Shown here: one piece after another, positions 38,882 to 48,330 of the stretch | How the letters are laid out: every line of letters begins with the position of its first letter | How positions within the stretch are numbered: position 1 is the stretch's first letter | Assembly: GCA_038243585.1 (NCBI GenBank) | Contig: JBBSQY010000019.1 | Span: 1-57,991, forward strand | From: Candidatus Sumerlaeales bacterium | Lineage (GTDB): Bacteria; Sumerlaeota; Sumerlaeia; Sumerlaeales; Sumerlaeaceae | Direction of reading: 5' to 3' | DNA length: 57,991 nt | Made by a program: the position numbers and the translations under genes | The notes under the pieces: generated by a model | The model's database searches: none | Told to the model about the DNA's origin: nothing | The model's input: only the letters and a program-made list of their open reading frames with translations

Positions 38882-38917
38882 GGACCGGAAACCGAACTTG
38901 GTTTCCGGTCCTTTTTT
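38882..38917 (+). terminator. Intrinsic terminator ending the amidase cluster
   Basis: GGACCGGAAACC/GGTTTCCGGTCC 12-bp stem + TTTTTT. Confidence 0.9.
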
Positions 38918-39050
38918 ATTTTATCAAATCTCTTGCTCAAAGTATTATCCCGATTGCCATATTTGGCCGTACGTTATATAATAGTATGTTGAGCCGCGCT
39001 TGCGGTGATTGCTTATATTTTTTTCATATTTTGAGTAAGAGGCACTGATA

Positions 39051-39881
39051 ATGTTGAACAGCTCGCGAAAGCGAATTTTGGTGGTAGACGACGAAACAGA
39101 TGTCGTCGAGTTAGTGCGTGTCGTTCTTAGTACCAAAGGTTATGAGATCATTCCGACGTATAATGGGGAAGATGGGTTGAAGGCTGCGTTGACAGAGAAG
39201 CCTGATCTCATTATCACCGATCTTAAAATGCCTGGGATGAGCGGGATGGAGTTTATTAAACGCATCCGCGCGAATCCGGAAGTTGCAGGCATTCCGATAC
39301 TGGTTATTTCCTCCCTGGGCTCCCAGGTTGATAAGCCGGATTCCTTCTGGACCCTTGGGCTGGGAAGTGATGACTTTCTGGCAAAGCCCTTTGATCCTTT
39401 GGGATTGCTTGGCCGGGTAGAATACCTGCTCCGAAAGGACTCGTATGTTTCGGAACGTCGAAACCCGGTTGGATCAAGCTTAGGATCCACCGCAACTCCC
39501 CCTTCGGGCATTGAAGCCAATGCAATTTTGTCATCCGATAACCCTGCGGATATCGTTAAAGCCTTTATCCTGGCCTGGAATGAGCAGGATTTTGTCGTGG
39601 AGTACGACTGCCTCGGAGAAGAAATGCTGCACGGCCTTGGAAAGAACGAGTACATACACCGCCGTATGCAAAGCTACGCCGATGACAAGGGCACCACCCG
39701 CCATCAGGTTATCGATGCGGAGACTCTGAAGACCGGCGACGCCACAGCCACTGTGGCTTGCCTGCGCGATGACACTGTTAATGGTGAGGGCGTCCGGAAA
39801 GACGAACGCTATACTCTCAAGAAAACCCCCGCCGGCTGGCGCATCGTTAACGTGCGATCAAGAGCCATGGCAGGCGTTTAA
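39051..39881 (+). CDS. Response regulator receiver + C-terminal NTF2-like (DUF4878-like) domain
   Basis: ILVVDDE, DLIITDLKMPGMSG, AKPF; C-terminal IVKAFILAW...YDCL...LKKTPAGWRI. Confidence 0.8.
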   Translation: MLNSSRKRILVVDDETDVVELVRVVLSTKGYEIIPTYNGEDGLKAALTEKPDLIITDLKMPGMSGMEFIKRIRANPEVAGIPILVISSLGSQVDKPDSFWTLGLGSDDFLAKPFDPLGLLGRVEYLLRKDSYVSERRNPVGSSLGSTATPPSGIEANAILSSDNPADIVKAFILAWNEQDFVVEYDCLGEEMLHGLGKNEYIHRRMQSYADDKGTTRHQVIDAETLKTGDATATVACLRDDTVNGEGVRKDERYTLKKTPAGWRIVNVRSRAMAGV

Positions 39882-39909
39882 AAGCGTTACCTTAATAATT
39901 AAAGCAGAT

Positions 39910-39943
39910 AGCCCCCGCGCCACTAAAGGCTCGGGGGCTTTTT
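39910..39943 (+). terminator. Intrinsic terminator after the response regulator
   Basis: AGCCCCCG...CGGGGGCT stem + T-run. Confidence 0.7.
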
Positions 39944-40026
39944 CACGCCATGTAATTGTAGAGTTTCGAATACAAATAAGCAAAACGCTTGATAGAAAGT
40001 AGGATATCGAATTGCAGAGAGGAAAG

Positions 40027-40104
40027 TGGTCGGGGCGGCAGGATTCGAACCTGCGGCCTCCTGCTCCCAAGGCAGGCGCGATAACCGGGCTACGCTACGC
40101 CCCG
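40027..40104 (-). tRNA. trnP: tRNA-Pro (TGG)
   Basis: CGGGGCG acceptor stem, anticodon arm CCTGC-CT-TGG-GA-GCAGG, GGTTCGAATCC, encoded CCA. Confidence 0.96.
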
Positions 40105-40176
40105 ACAACGTTTTAGCAGTCCTACTCTATTACCGTAGTGACCAGCTATTCACACAGTATCATCGTGTACGCATTT

Positions 40177-41007
40177 TCATATCCCAAGCTCTGGTGCCTG
40201 CGTTCCGGGGTGTTGCTTCTCGGCGTCATATAAATTTTTCAGGTAGGTCGCCGGATCCGGTAAATCGCGGGTGGACGCATCATATTTGGCGTGAAGATAG
40301 GCCGCAAGATCAATTGCAGAGGCCATCCGGGATTCTTCGTCAAAACGTTGTTCCCGCTCAACCCATGCCTGCAACAGGTAGCCGTCCTCCGAGGTGGAAT
40401 ACAGGCTTTCGGGGGTTTCCGACAGGTAAAGCTGCTCCGTCAATGGCGCTGCATATACCACAATGGTTCCGGCAGACCGGTCCCCCAGACGCTGACGGCT
40501 CCCCATTTGATTTATCCGATAATAAGCAAACGTGTATACTCCCAGTGCAATTTCAACGACCCGCGTCACGTTACGCACAATCAGGGACCGCGAGGAGGGT
40601 GGGCTGCCATCCAAGCTTATAACGCGTAGACCTAGCAACGCCTTTCCCGGTGATGCTCCGCGCGTAAAACTTTCGAAAAGCATCAGGTAAATAATATGCC
40701 ATTCCGCAAATGCCACTGGAAAAGCCCAGCCCCAGGATGATCTTGGAAAAAGATCGGGTCTAAACGTAACTGCCAGCCACGCCATGGCTCCGAACGTTAC
40801 CATCTGACTTCCAAGATCAACCAAGCCAGCCAGACACCTGGCTCCGGCACCCGCAACCTGATGAGATCTTATCATGCCGGTGTCTCGATTTTTTAAAGAA
40901 AGCGTTTGGGTAAAGTCATCCAGCGGAGACTCGGAATTTGAATTCATAAACGTTATTACCGCTGCCGCGACATGAATCATCCCCCTGATAAAAAATCCTT
41001 TGCGCAA
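40177..41007 (-). CDS. RDD family membrane protein
   Basis: ARCLAGLVD, GASPGKALLGLRVI, VRNVTR, QRLGDRSAGTIVV; start uncertain. Confidence 0.85.
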   Translation of the reverse strand: MRKGFFIRGMIHVAAAVITFMNSNSESPLDDFTQTLSLKNRDTGMIRSHQVAGAGARCLAGLVDLGSQMVTFGAMAWLAVTFRPDLFPRSSWGWAFPVAFAEWHIIYLMLFESFTRGASPGKALLGLRVISLDGSPPSSRSLIVRNVTRVVEIALGVYTFAYYRINQMGSRQRLGDRSAGTIVVYAAPLTEQLYLSETPESLYSTSEDGYLLQAWVEREQRFDEESRMASAIDLAAYLHAKYDASTRDLPDPATYLKNLYDAEKQHPGTQAPELGI

Positions 41008-41049
41008 CCGCCCTATAGAAATATTGGATTGGGTCTAAAATCAGGATAA

Positions 41050-42963
41050 TTGCAAACACGGCAACTTCGGAGACCGCATCCTATCATGGCGCATCAAACC
41101 AAAATCAAACGCCCTCACAATCGCCAGCCCGGTACTGCAACGCTACCTACTGTCAGACTCACGGATAGCGCGTCTCAATGGCTCATTCCCCTGGTCGTAT
41201 TTCCCGTCACAGCACTTGTTATCTACGTGCTTACCTTTAATCCGGTTGCTGATCCCGACACCTGGTTTCACCTTGCCCTGGGAAACTGGATAGTCGATAA
41301 TGGAAAGTTGCCCGGCGCCGACATCTTCAGCTACACGGCCGGCGACACGCCGGCTGTGTCCTCGGGCTGGCTGACCGCGCTGCTGATGTCTTGGCTTGAC
41401 GGGCTATATCCGGAAAGCATGATGGGTCCCATTCTCATGGTTACAGCGGTGGTGGGTCTCGCCTCACTGGTCATTCTGTGGACGGCGGCCAAGTGCAAGA
41501 CCCTAGTTACCACAGCACTGCTATTAATGACGGGGCTCACTTTGGCGGCGGTTCGATTCAGCCCCAGACCGGACATATGGAGCTTGTTGGGCCTGACGAT
41601 TTTGCTGACACTGTTAACTGGACAATGGCGTGTTGGCAATAACTCCAGTCCGACACAAACAGTAGAGCCTCCCGCCCTCTGGCGTTTGTGGCTCCTGCCG
41701 CTTCTGATGGTGGTCTGGGCAAATCTGCATGCCGGCGTTTTGGTAGCGGTCCCTTTCCTGCTGACTTATGGGGCATGGCTGAGTTACGAGTACATCCGGA
41801 CCCGCGACCCAGCTTGGATAAAGGTCATAATTCCTGTAGCAGTGGCCTGCGTTGTTTGGATGTTTAATCCATACGGAACTGGCATAGCGACTCTGGCCTG
41901 GCGAATCGCCGAAATTCCACAAGTGGGCTGGGTGATGGAATGGATGCCGTTTTTTAAATCCGGATTTCCCAACGCATGGCCTGTCGTCATCGCGGGACTG
42001 GCGCTTGCGGCAGCATTCATCTGGTTATATGTGGCAAACCGACGCGCTTTTCATCCGCTGGAGCTGATATGGCTCTTAATGCTGGTGGTTATGGCATTGA
42101 TGCAACGGCGCCAGGTCGGCCTGCTGGGCCTCGGAGCAACGGTATTACTGTCCGGTCACCTTTCAGGCGCTGAGACCTGGTGGCGGACAAGGGCGCCGTG
42201 GCGGTCGATTGCGGCTATCATAGCGTTGGCGGCAACGATTGTCTGGGTGCAGATATCCGGTGAGAACGGGCGTGGCGGAGGTCTTCCAACCTTTGGAAGA
42301 AATTGCTCTCACCTCCCGTGCGCAACCGCAGATTTTCTTACGGCCAATCCTCCCCCCGCAAATATCTTTAACTCCTATAATCTGGGTGGGTATCTTCAAT
42401 ATAGTCTATACCCCGAAACGAAGGTGTACATTGATGGCCGCTTAGACACTTATCCGCACCAGGTATGGCTGGACATGCTGGCCGTGGAAGAAAATCGACT
42501 CTTCGTCGATGACCTGACAGCCAGATACGGAATCAAAACGTTTGTCATCGGCACAAGCGACTCCTTTGGCGATCCGCTCCACCTGGCCAGCCGTCTGGCT
42601 GCCCGACCGGACTTCGTTCTGGTCCATCTGGATGATGTGGCGGCGGTATTCGTTCACAAGTCGGCGGACGACATCGCATACGTTACTGCGATGGGTTTTC
42701 CGAACATTTCCCCGTGGAATCTTAATAAGATGAAACCGTTGCTGAATTCGCCGGAAAAATCCCAGCAACTGGTCACCGAGATGGGCCGCCTTCTGGATCA
42801 ATCCGGACTGTCAGCTACCGCCGCAGCTACGGCGGCTTATATCGCATGGCAGGCGGGCGATGAAATCAGCATGCGGGAGCAATTATCCCAGGCGCAAAAC
42901 CGGGCTCCCGGCAACAGGTTGTTGCGGATGGTGCAACAGCAGATTGCGAGAGGTCGAAAATAG
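41050..42963 (+). CDS. Polytopic membrane protein, probable GT-C-fold glycosyltransferase
   Basis: DPDTWFHLALG, WANLHAG, NPYG, EWMP, NSYNLGGYL, VYIDGRLDTY; TPR-like tail. Confidence 0.7.
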   Translation: MQTRQLRRPHPIMAHQTKIKRPHNRQPGTATLPTVRLTDSASQWLIPLVVFPVTALVIYVLTFNPVADPDTWFHLALGNWIVDNGKLPGADIFSYTAGDTPAVSSGWLTALLMSWLDGLYPESMMGPILMVTAVVGLASLVILWTAAKCKTLVTTALLLMTGLTLAAVRFSPRPDIWSLLGLTILLTLLTGQWRVGNNSSPTQTVEPPALWRLWLLPLLMVVWANLHAGVLVAVPFLLTYGAWLSYEYIRTRDPAWIKVIIPVAVACVVWMFNPYGTGIATLAWRIAEIPQVGWVMEWMPFFKSGFPNAWPVVIAGLALAAAFIWLYVANRRAFHPLELIWLLMLVVMALMQRRQVGLLGLGATVLLSGHLSGAETWWRTRAPWRSIAAIIALAATIVWVQISGENGRGGGLPTFGRNCSHLPCATADFLTANPPPANIFNSYNLGGYLQYSLYPETKVYIDGRLDTYPHQVWLDMLAVEENRLFVDDLTARYGIKTFVIGTSDSFGDPLHLASRLAARPDFVLVHLDDVAAVFVHKSADDIAYVTAMGFPNISPWNLNKMKPLLNSPEKSQQLVTEMGRLLDQSGLSATAAATAAYIAWQAGDEISMREQLSQAQNRAPGNRLLRMVQQQIARGRK

Positions 42964-43026
42964 CCTGCAACTTAACGCAACACAAGCACTCAACAAGCCG
43001 ATGTATTTACATAGCATGGCTTAAAT

Positions 43027-43054
43027 AAAAATGGCCCCGCCGAAGCGGGGCCAT
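43027..43054 (-). terminator. Intrinsic terminator after rplS (possibly bidirectional)
   Basis: ATGGCCCCGC-CGAA-GCGGGGCCAT (UUCG loop on -) + T-run on -. Confidence 0.85.
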
Positions 43055-43134
43055 GTCATCTATTTTATCCAGAGAGCCGTCAATGTCCAGACCAACAGGA
43101 CTGGACAATACAAGGGCTTTTGCTCTTGGGAAGC

Positions 43135-43605
43135 TTATTCCTGCCCAGCTGCTTCAGGCTGAACTTCCGGCTGTTGCTGACCCGGCTGTTTGCCGGCAGC
43201 ATTTGCGGCGGCGCGCTCTTCCTTGGCTTTTCTCTTGGCCTCGGCCACGGCACCCCAAGTATTACGTTCCTTGATGCGGGCTGCTTTACCGCGCAGATCA
43301 CGGATGTAGTAAAGCTTGGCACGACGGACCTGACCAAAGCGAACGACTTTGATGCTGTCCACCTTGGGGCTGTGAAGAGGTATGATACGCTCAATCCCGA
43401 CGCCATAGTTGACTTTGCGCAGTGTGACGGTTTCGGCAATGCCGCTGCCCTTACGACGGATACAGTCGCCTTCAAAATCCTGCAGGCGCTCTTTGTCGCC
43501 TTCAACGATTTTCAGCGATATGCGAAGTCGATCTCCCGGCTTAAAAGACGGAATATCGGTACGAAGCATAGCCTTTTCGTACGCTGTAATAATGTGGCTG
43601 CTCAT
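43135..43605 (-). CDS. rplS: 50S ribosomal protein L19 with low-complexity C-terminal extension
   Basis: [51 protein letters not shown]. Confidence 0.98.
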   Translation of the reverse strand: MSSHIITAYEKAMLRTDIPSFKPGDRLRISLKIVEGDKERLQDFEGDCIRRKGSGIAETVTLRKVNYGVGIERIIPLHSPKVDSIKVVRFGQVRRAKLYYIRDLRGKAARIKERNTWGAVAEAKRKAKEERAAANAAGKQPGQQQPEVQPEAAGQE

Positions 43606-43896
43606 TTGCAGCTCCTTTTTCTATGGTTGGCAGCGGTGAAGACGGTATGTCCGTGGCTATCGGACTACGTCGCACGTACCCTGTAGCGCCAGTTGCAGCG
43701 CCGATGACTGACAAATAGTTTTAACTGAAAGCCACCGACTATTATGCCCTGGCAAATAAAGAATTCGGCACAGAAGCTGCTTTTCGCCCCATATGGCGAA
43801 CCATAAGACGAAAAATCACTGCCCGGCTGTAGAACTTTTTCAGCAGAGGCTGTCTTAACAACAGCAACACTATCTTATCATGCATTATCCAGGGAG

Positions 43897-45036
43897 TTGA
43901 CTAATTCAGTGAAAATCATCCAGGCACTTATCGTACTTTTTGCAATTGTGGGCTGCCTCGCGCTCGCTCTCGGCGGCTTTTTTGTCTATAATATGACACA
44001 AAGTGACGGCGACAATTTCCTAACCCGGCTGAAAAAATCCCGTTCAACCCAGGTTAATGCCACACAAACGACCGCACCAGTAGCTGTGAAGAATTCCGAG
44101 TTTGCATCCATTATAAATCAGTATCAGCCAACCCCGACGCCTGCGCCCGTTGTTGCTGCCCAGCAGCCCGGCGCCCCATTAGGAGCTGCACCTGTCGCGG
44201 CTGCCGTAGCCGCGCCGGCTGTAAAACCAATTAAGACGCCTAAACCCGACGAGGGAAAAATCCGCAACTGGCCTACTGGGAAAAAGCTGGTCGCTCTTAC
44301 TTATGATGACGGACCGCACCAGGAATGGACTCCAAAGATGATGGAACTCCTGAAAAGTAAAAATGTTAAAGCGACCTTCTTCCTTTTAGGTCAGGAAATC
44401 AAACGTTTTCCAGAAATTGCAAAGGCCGTTGCTGATAACGGGTTTGAAGTGGGAAACCATACTCTGAACCATCCGGATTTCAACAAGGCGATAATGTCTC
44501 CAGAGAGAATCCGTGAACAACTTTCTGAGACCAACAAACTCATTGCGGAAAACGCCACACAGGAACCCGTTCGCGTGATGCGGCCGCCATACGGGAATTC
44601 TCCTTCCAAGCTCAGCCCCATCCTTCTGGAGCTGGGTTTGCAAAACGTCTGCTGGGATATTGACACTGGCGACTGGGAAAAAGGGGTGGAAGGCAAGCAG
44701 ATGGCGGATAACATCATGAAGAATCTTAAAGATGGTTCTATCATCCTGATGCATGACCGTCACCAGAAAACTTATGACGCAACGCTGGAGGTTATAGACA
44801 AGATTCGCGCAGAAGGTTACGAATTTGTGACCATGAGCGAATTGCTTGGCTTTACACCGATCGGCCAGACTCCGGCGGCGCCACCCGCTGTCGCTCCTGT
44901 CGCGGCAGCAGCACCGGCACCTGCCGCAGTGGTTGATTCCACGCTGCCTGTCCCAGCTGCGGCACAGGTATCTGCACAGCCTGCCGTGGATGCCCTCGAC
45001 GCCAGCAAAATAACCGTCCCTCCGCCTGCGCGGTAG
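43897..45036 (+). CDS. Membrane-anchored polysaccharide deacetylase (CE4/NodB; PgdA-like)
   Basis: TYDDGP, KATFF, GNHTLNH, RPPYG, DTGDW, ILMHD; N-terminal TM and Pro/Ala linkers. Confidence 0.92.
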   Translation: MTNSVKIIQALIVLFAIVGCLALALGGFFVYNMTQSDGDNFLTRLKKSRSTQVNATQTTAPVAVKNSEFASIINQYQPTPTPAPVVAAQQPGAPLGAAPVAAAVAAPAVKPIKTPKPDEGKIRNWPTGKKLVALTYDDGPHQEWTPKMMELLKSKNVKATFFLLGQEIKRFPEIAKAVADNGFEVGNHTLNHPDFNKAIMSPERIREQLSETNKLIAENATQEPVRVMRPPYGNSPSKLSPILLELGLQNVCWDIDTGDWEKGVEGKQMADNIMKNLKDGSIILMHDRHQKTYDATLEVIDKIRAEGYEFVTMSELLGFTPIGQTPAAPPAVAPVAAAAPAPAAVVDSTLPVPAAAQVSAQPAVDALDASKITVPPPAR

Positions 45037-45116
45037 TTGCTTGCTTTCCCGTTTTGTCCCGTAGACGTATTCTTTTGTGTACGCAAAGGGACAATAGAAA
45101 CGCGAAAGGGAAACTG

Positions 45117-46586
45117 ATGTTAATCCAAAAATCGAGAATGGGCGTGGCTAGTCTTGCGAGCGCGCTCGTTATCCTGCTGTCCCAAAGCGCCACTCCGGTA
45201 TCCGCAGAAAACACCTCCGCCTCTGTCACCAGACCGAATATTGTCTACATTATGTCGGACGATCATGCGGCTCACGCGATTAGCGCCTATGGCAGCAAGA
45301 TTAACTCAACTCCGAACATAGATCGAATTGCTCGCGAAGGCATACTGCTGGAAAACTGCTTCGCCACGAACGCGCTTTGCGCTCCCAGCCGCGCGGTCAT
45401 TTTGACCGGCAAACATAGTCATCTCAATGGGGTAACCACGCATCGCAGCCCGGCCTTTGACGGGAGCCAGATCACCTACCCAAAGCTGCTGCAGAGGGCG
45501 GGCTACCAGACCGCGATAGTAGGAAAGTGGCACTTAAAAAGCGACCCCACCGGCTTTGATTACTGGAATATTCTTCCCGGCCAGGGCGCTTATTACGATC
45601 CGGCGATGATCGAAAATGGAACCCGCACTAAACGCAAGGGCTACGCGACCGATCTCATCACTGATTACAGCATAAAATTTCTAGAGCAACGGGATAAGAG
45701 CCGCCCGTTTCTACTCGTGTCCCAGCATAAAGCCCCCCATCGGCCATGGCAGCCGGACGAGAAGCACAAGGATATGTATAACGACGTAGAAATACCTCAG
45801 CCTGCAACTTTCAACGACGACTATACCAGTCGGGCAACCCCGGCCAGGCTGGCAGAGATGCGGATACTCGGCGACCTGAAAATCTCAGACGTAAAATCAA
45901 CTCCCCCTGCAGAATTATCAGGTGCGGAATTAAAAAACTGGTATTATCAGCGCTACATAAAAGATTACCTTCGTTGCATCGCCTCAGTGGATGACAACGT
46001 GGGACGGCTGTTGGATTACCTGGAAAAGGGAAATCTGCTTGAGAATACCATAGTCATTTATACCTCCGACCAGGGATTCTTTCTGGGCGATCACGGATGG
46101 TATGACAAGCGGTTCATGTATGAGGAGTCTCTGCGCATGCCTTTTCTGGCGCGTTACCCTAAAGAAATTAAACCGGGAACCCGCAGCGACGCCATTATCG
46201 CTAATCTGGATTTTGCCCCCACGCTCCTCGACTTTGCCGGAGTGTCTAAACCCATAGAGATGCAGGGAAACAGCTTTCGTCAGGTGCTGGCGGGCAGCAC
46301 GCCCCAGGACTGGCAGAAGACTATGTATTATCATTTCCATGAGTATCCTGACAACGACCATATGGCGGCTCGACATTACGGCATTCGCGATAATCGATAC
46401 AAGCTGATCCACTATTATTTCCCCACGGACGAGTGGGAGTTTTTTGATCTGGAAAAAGATCCGAATGAACTTCGCAGCGTCTATGGCCTGCCTGAATACG
46501 AAGACCGAATTCGCGAAATGAAGAATCAACTTCGCGAGACGCGGGTGAAATACAAGGATGATATCGGGCCAGGCGTTGGTGATTGA
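45117..46586 (+). CDS. Exported Cys-type sulfatase (S1 family)
   Basis: RPNIVYIMSDDH, CAPSRAVILTG, GKWHL, YTSDQG, DKRFMYEES. Confidence 0.92.
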   Translation: MLIQKSRMGVASLASALVILLSQSATPVSAENTSASVTRPNIVYIMSDDHAAHAISAYGSKINSTPNIDRIAREGILLENCFATNALCAPSRAVILTGKHSHLNGVTTHRSPAFDGSQITYPKLLQRAGYQTAIVGKWHLKSDPTGFDYWNILPGQGAYYDPAMIENGTRTKRKGYATDLITDYSIKFLEQRDKSRPFLLVSQHKAPHRPWQPDEKHKDMYNDVEIPQPATFNDDYTSRATPARLAEMRILGDLKISDVKSTPPAELSGAELKNWYYQRYIKDYLRCIASVDDNVGRLLDYLEKGNLLENTIVIYTSDQGFFLGDHGWYDKRFMYEESLRMPFLARYPKEIKPGTRSDAIIANLDFAPTLLDFAGVSKPIEMQGNSFRQVLAGSTPQDWQKTMYYHFHEYPDNDHMAARHYGIRDNRYKLIHYYFPTDEWEFFDLEKDPNELRSVYGLPEYEDRIREMKNQLRETRVKYKDDIGPGVGD

Positions 46587-46732
46587 ATCATCAGCGATGA
46601 CTGAACCACTTAAATTTCGGGCAGATCCATTTTTCCTCTTGCGGGAGGAGGCGTGGGTTGCCTTGCTTGTCACATGAAACGGCGTCTTAGAGTGGCATCA
46701 CGACACCCGCCGGAATAAGGAAAACTTTTCCA

Positions 46733-47764
46733 ATGAACATGAAAGATCTCGCCAAACTCCTTGGCGTTTCGCGTCAAACGGTATCGGCGGTGCTTAATGG
46801 AAAAGACTGGGTCAGCGTGGAAACCCGCGAGCGTGTAATGCAGGCGATACGCGACCATAACTACGCCCCAAACCAGCATGCCGTATCTCTGACCGGCAAA
46901 AGCTCAAAGCTGCTGGGTGTCGTTCTACGCGACATCAGCAATCCGTTTTACACCCAGATCGCCATGGGTATTGAGAGCGTCGCCCGCGCCGGCGGCTACA
47001 GTATCCTTTATCATAACACTTTCGAAAACCATGACTACGAAGTTGATGCTATCCGGTCACTCGTCTCCTTTCGCGTATCAGGGATTATTATTTCTCCTAT
47101 TCAGCTTGGTGTTGACCTGTCCCATCTGGCCCACGTAACCGCGCTGGGAACTCCAATTGTTTCCATAGATAAGCTCCCCGACATAAAGTGTCACTCCATA
47201 TCCTTTGCCGATCACGAAGCTGCATACAAGGCAGCATGTTATCTGACCAGCCAGGGTCACAGGGACATTGCTTTTATTAAGGGCCCCGAGTCGGCAGCTT
47301 CGGCGAAAGAGCGTCTTTCCGGTTTCCTGGAATGTGTCGAAAAACAGGGGTTAACGGTGCCCCAGGAGTGGCTGGTGGATCCTGGCACCACGGAAAAAGA
47401 ACGCCATGATGCCATTTATAATTTGTTAAAAAATAAAAACAATCGGCCATCTGCAGTTTTTTGCTTTAATGATCTGCTGGCCGTAAGCGTATATAAAGCG
47501 GCTCACGAATTGAGAATTCAGATCCCCGCAGACCTGAGCGTAGTGGGATTTGATGACATTGCCATCGCATCGCTACTTGGACCGCCTCTTACCACCGTTC
47601 GCACGGATTCCTACCAGGTCGGCGTAGAAGCGGCGCGAATGATTATGTCTGATCTTAAACGCAAGGGGCCGGAAGTACATGATGTGAGCCATGCTCCTGA
47701 ATTAGTAAAACGCCAAAGCGTGGCTGGAGTGGCAGTTCGCAACGCAGCCGTGGTAACAGTTTAA
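46733..47764 (+). CDS. LacI-family transcriptional regulator
   Basis: MKDLAKLLGVSRQTVSAVLN HTH; NPFY; VVGFDD, PPLTTV. Confidence 0.95.
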   Translation: MNMKDLAKLLGVSRQTVSAVLNGKDWVSVETRERVMQAIRDHNYAPNQHAVSLTGKSSKLLGVVLRDISNPFYTQIAMGIESVARAGGYSILYHNTFENHDYEVDAIRSLVSFRVSGIIISPIQLGVDLSHLAHVTALGTPIVSIDKLPDIKCHSISFADHEAAYKAACYLTSQGHRDIAFIKGPESAASAKERLSGFLECVEKQGLTVPQEWLVDPGTTEKERHDAIYNLLKNKNNRPSAVFCFNDLLAVSVYKAAHELRIQIPADLSVVGFDDIAIASLLGPPLTTVRTDSYQVGVEAARMIMSDLKRKGPEVHDVSHAPELVKRQSVAGVAVRNAAVVTV

Positions 47765-47835
47765 GTAGGAAAACAAGGCCCTGAGTCTCTCGCTTCTCCG
47801 CCCCGAACCCTGCCTTAATCGCCTTGGCCGCCGGT

Positions 47836-48210
47836 CTACTCCAGATCAATTTCTTCATACGGAATGGTTACGACGATCATACCGTCCCGCTCTTCCACAG
47901 GATACTTAAATAAGCTGGCACCCGCGCATGGTCCTGAGACGCACTTTCCCGTATCGGGCTCAAACAAAGCTCCATGGTTTCGACACAGCAGGTAGCGGTC
48001 GTCCCCATCCAGAAAGTCTCCATCGCCATAATCCAGCGGCAGGGGCTGGTGTCTGCACAGATTTTTGAATGCCTGCAACTGTCCCTCGTACCTGATTACC
48101 AGACCTTCGCTGGTCATGCCGGCGGCATCGATAAAATCAAACACCGCAGTTTCGCCTTCCACCAGTGTCTGATTTAGTTTTATTTCCTGATGCTGGTCCG
48201 GTTGAGACAA
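47836..48210 (-). CDS. Rieske [2Fe-2S] ferredoxin-like protein
   Basis: CRH and CRNHGALF ligands, GKCVSGP. Confidence 0.9.
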   Translation of the reverse strand: MSQPDQHQEIKLNQTLVEGETAVFDFIDAAGMTSEGLVIRYEGQLQAFKNLCRHQPLPLDYGDGDFLDGDDRYLLCRNHGALFEPDTGKCVSGPCAGASLFKYPVEERDGMIVVTIPYEEIDLE

Positions 48211-48330
48211 TAGGTGTCCTGACGATATTTACCTGAAGGTATTCCTGTTGAATCTATTTGATTTGCATATTTTTTGCGAAGGTCCCAACATAACAAATCC
48301 GTTTCTGGACATGAAAGCAATAACAGCTAT

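Noticed and set aside
39882..40104. Integrated element at tRNA-Pro (and at tRNA-Trp)
   Set aside because: No integrase and no duplicated tRNA 3' end seen in the window.
43120..43686. 188-aa plus-strand ORF, and other long antisense ORFs (105-728, 4223-5002, 27070-27858, 40026-40622)
   Set aside because: Shadows of well-supported genes or a tRNA on the opposite strand, with no recognisable motifs.
43783..43803. TTCGCC...GGCGAACCA hairpin before the deacetylase as a fourth copy of the amidase leader module
   Set aside because: Simple hairpin only; lacks the inner stem, the exact GCGAAACA and the upstream elements.
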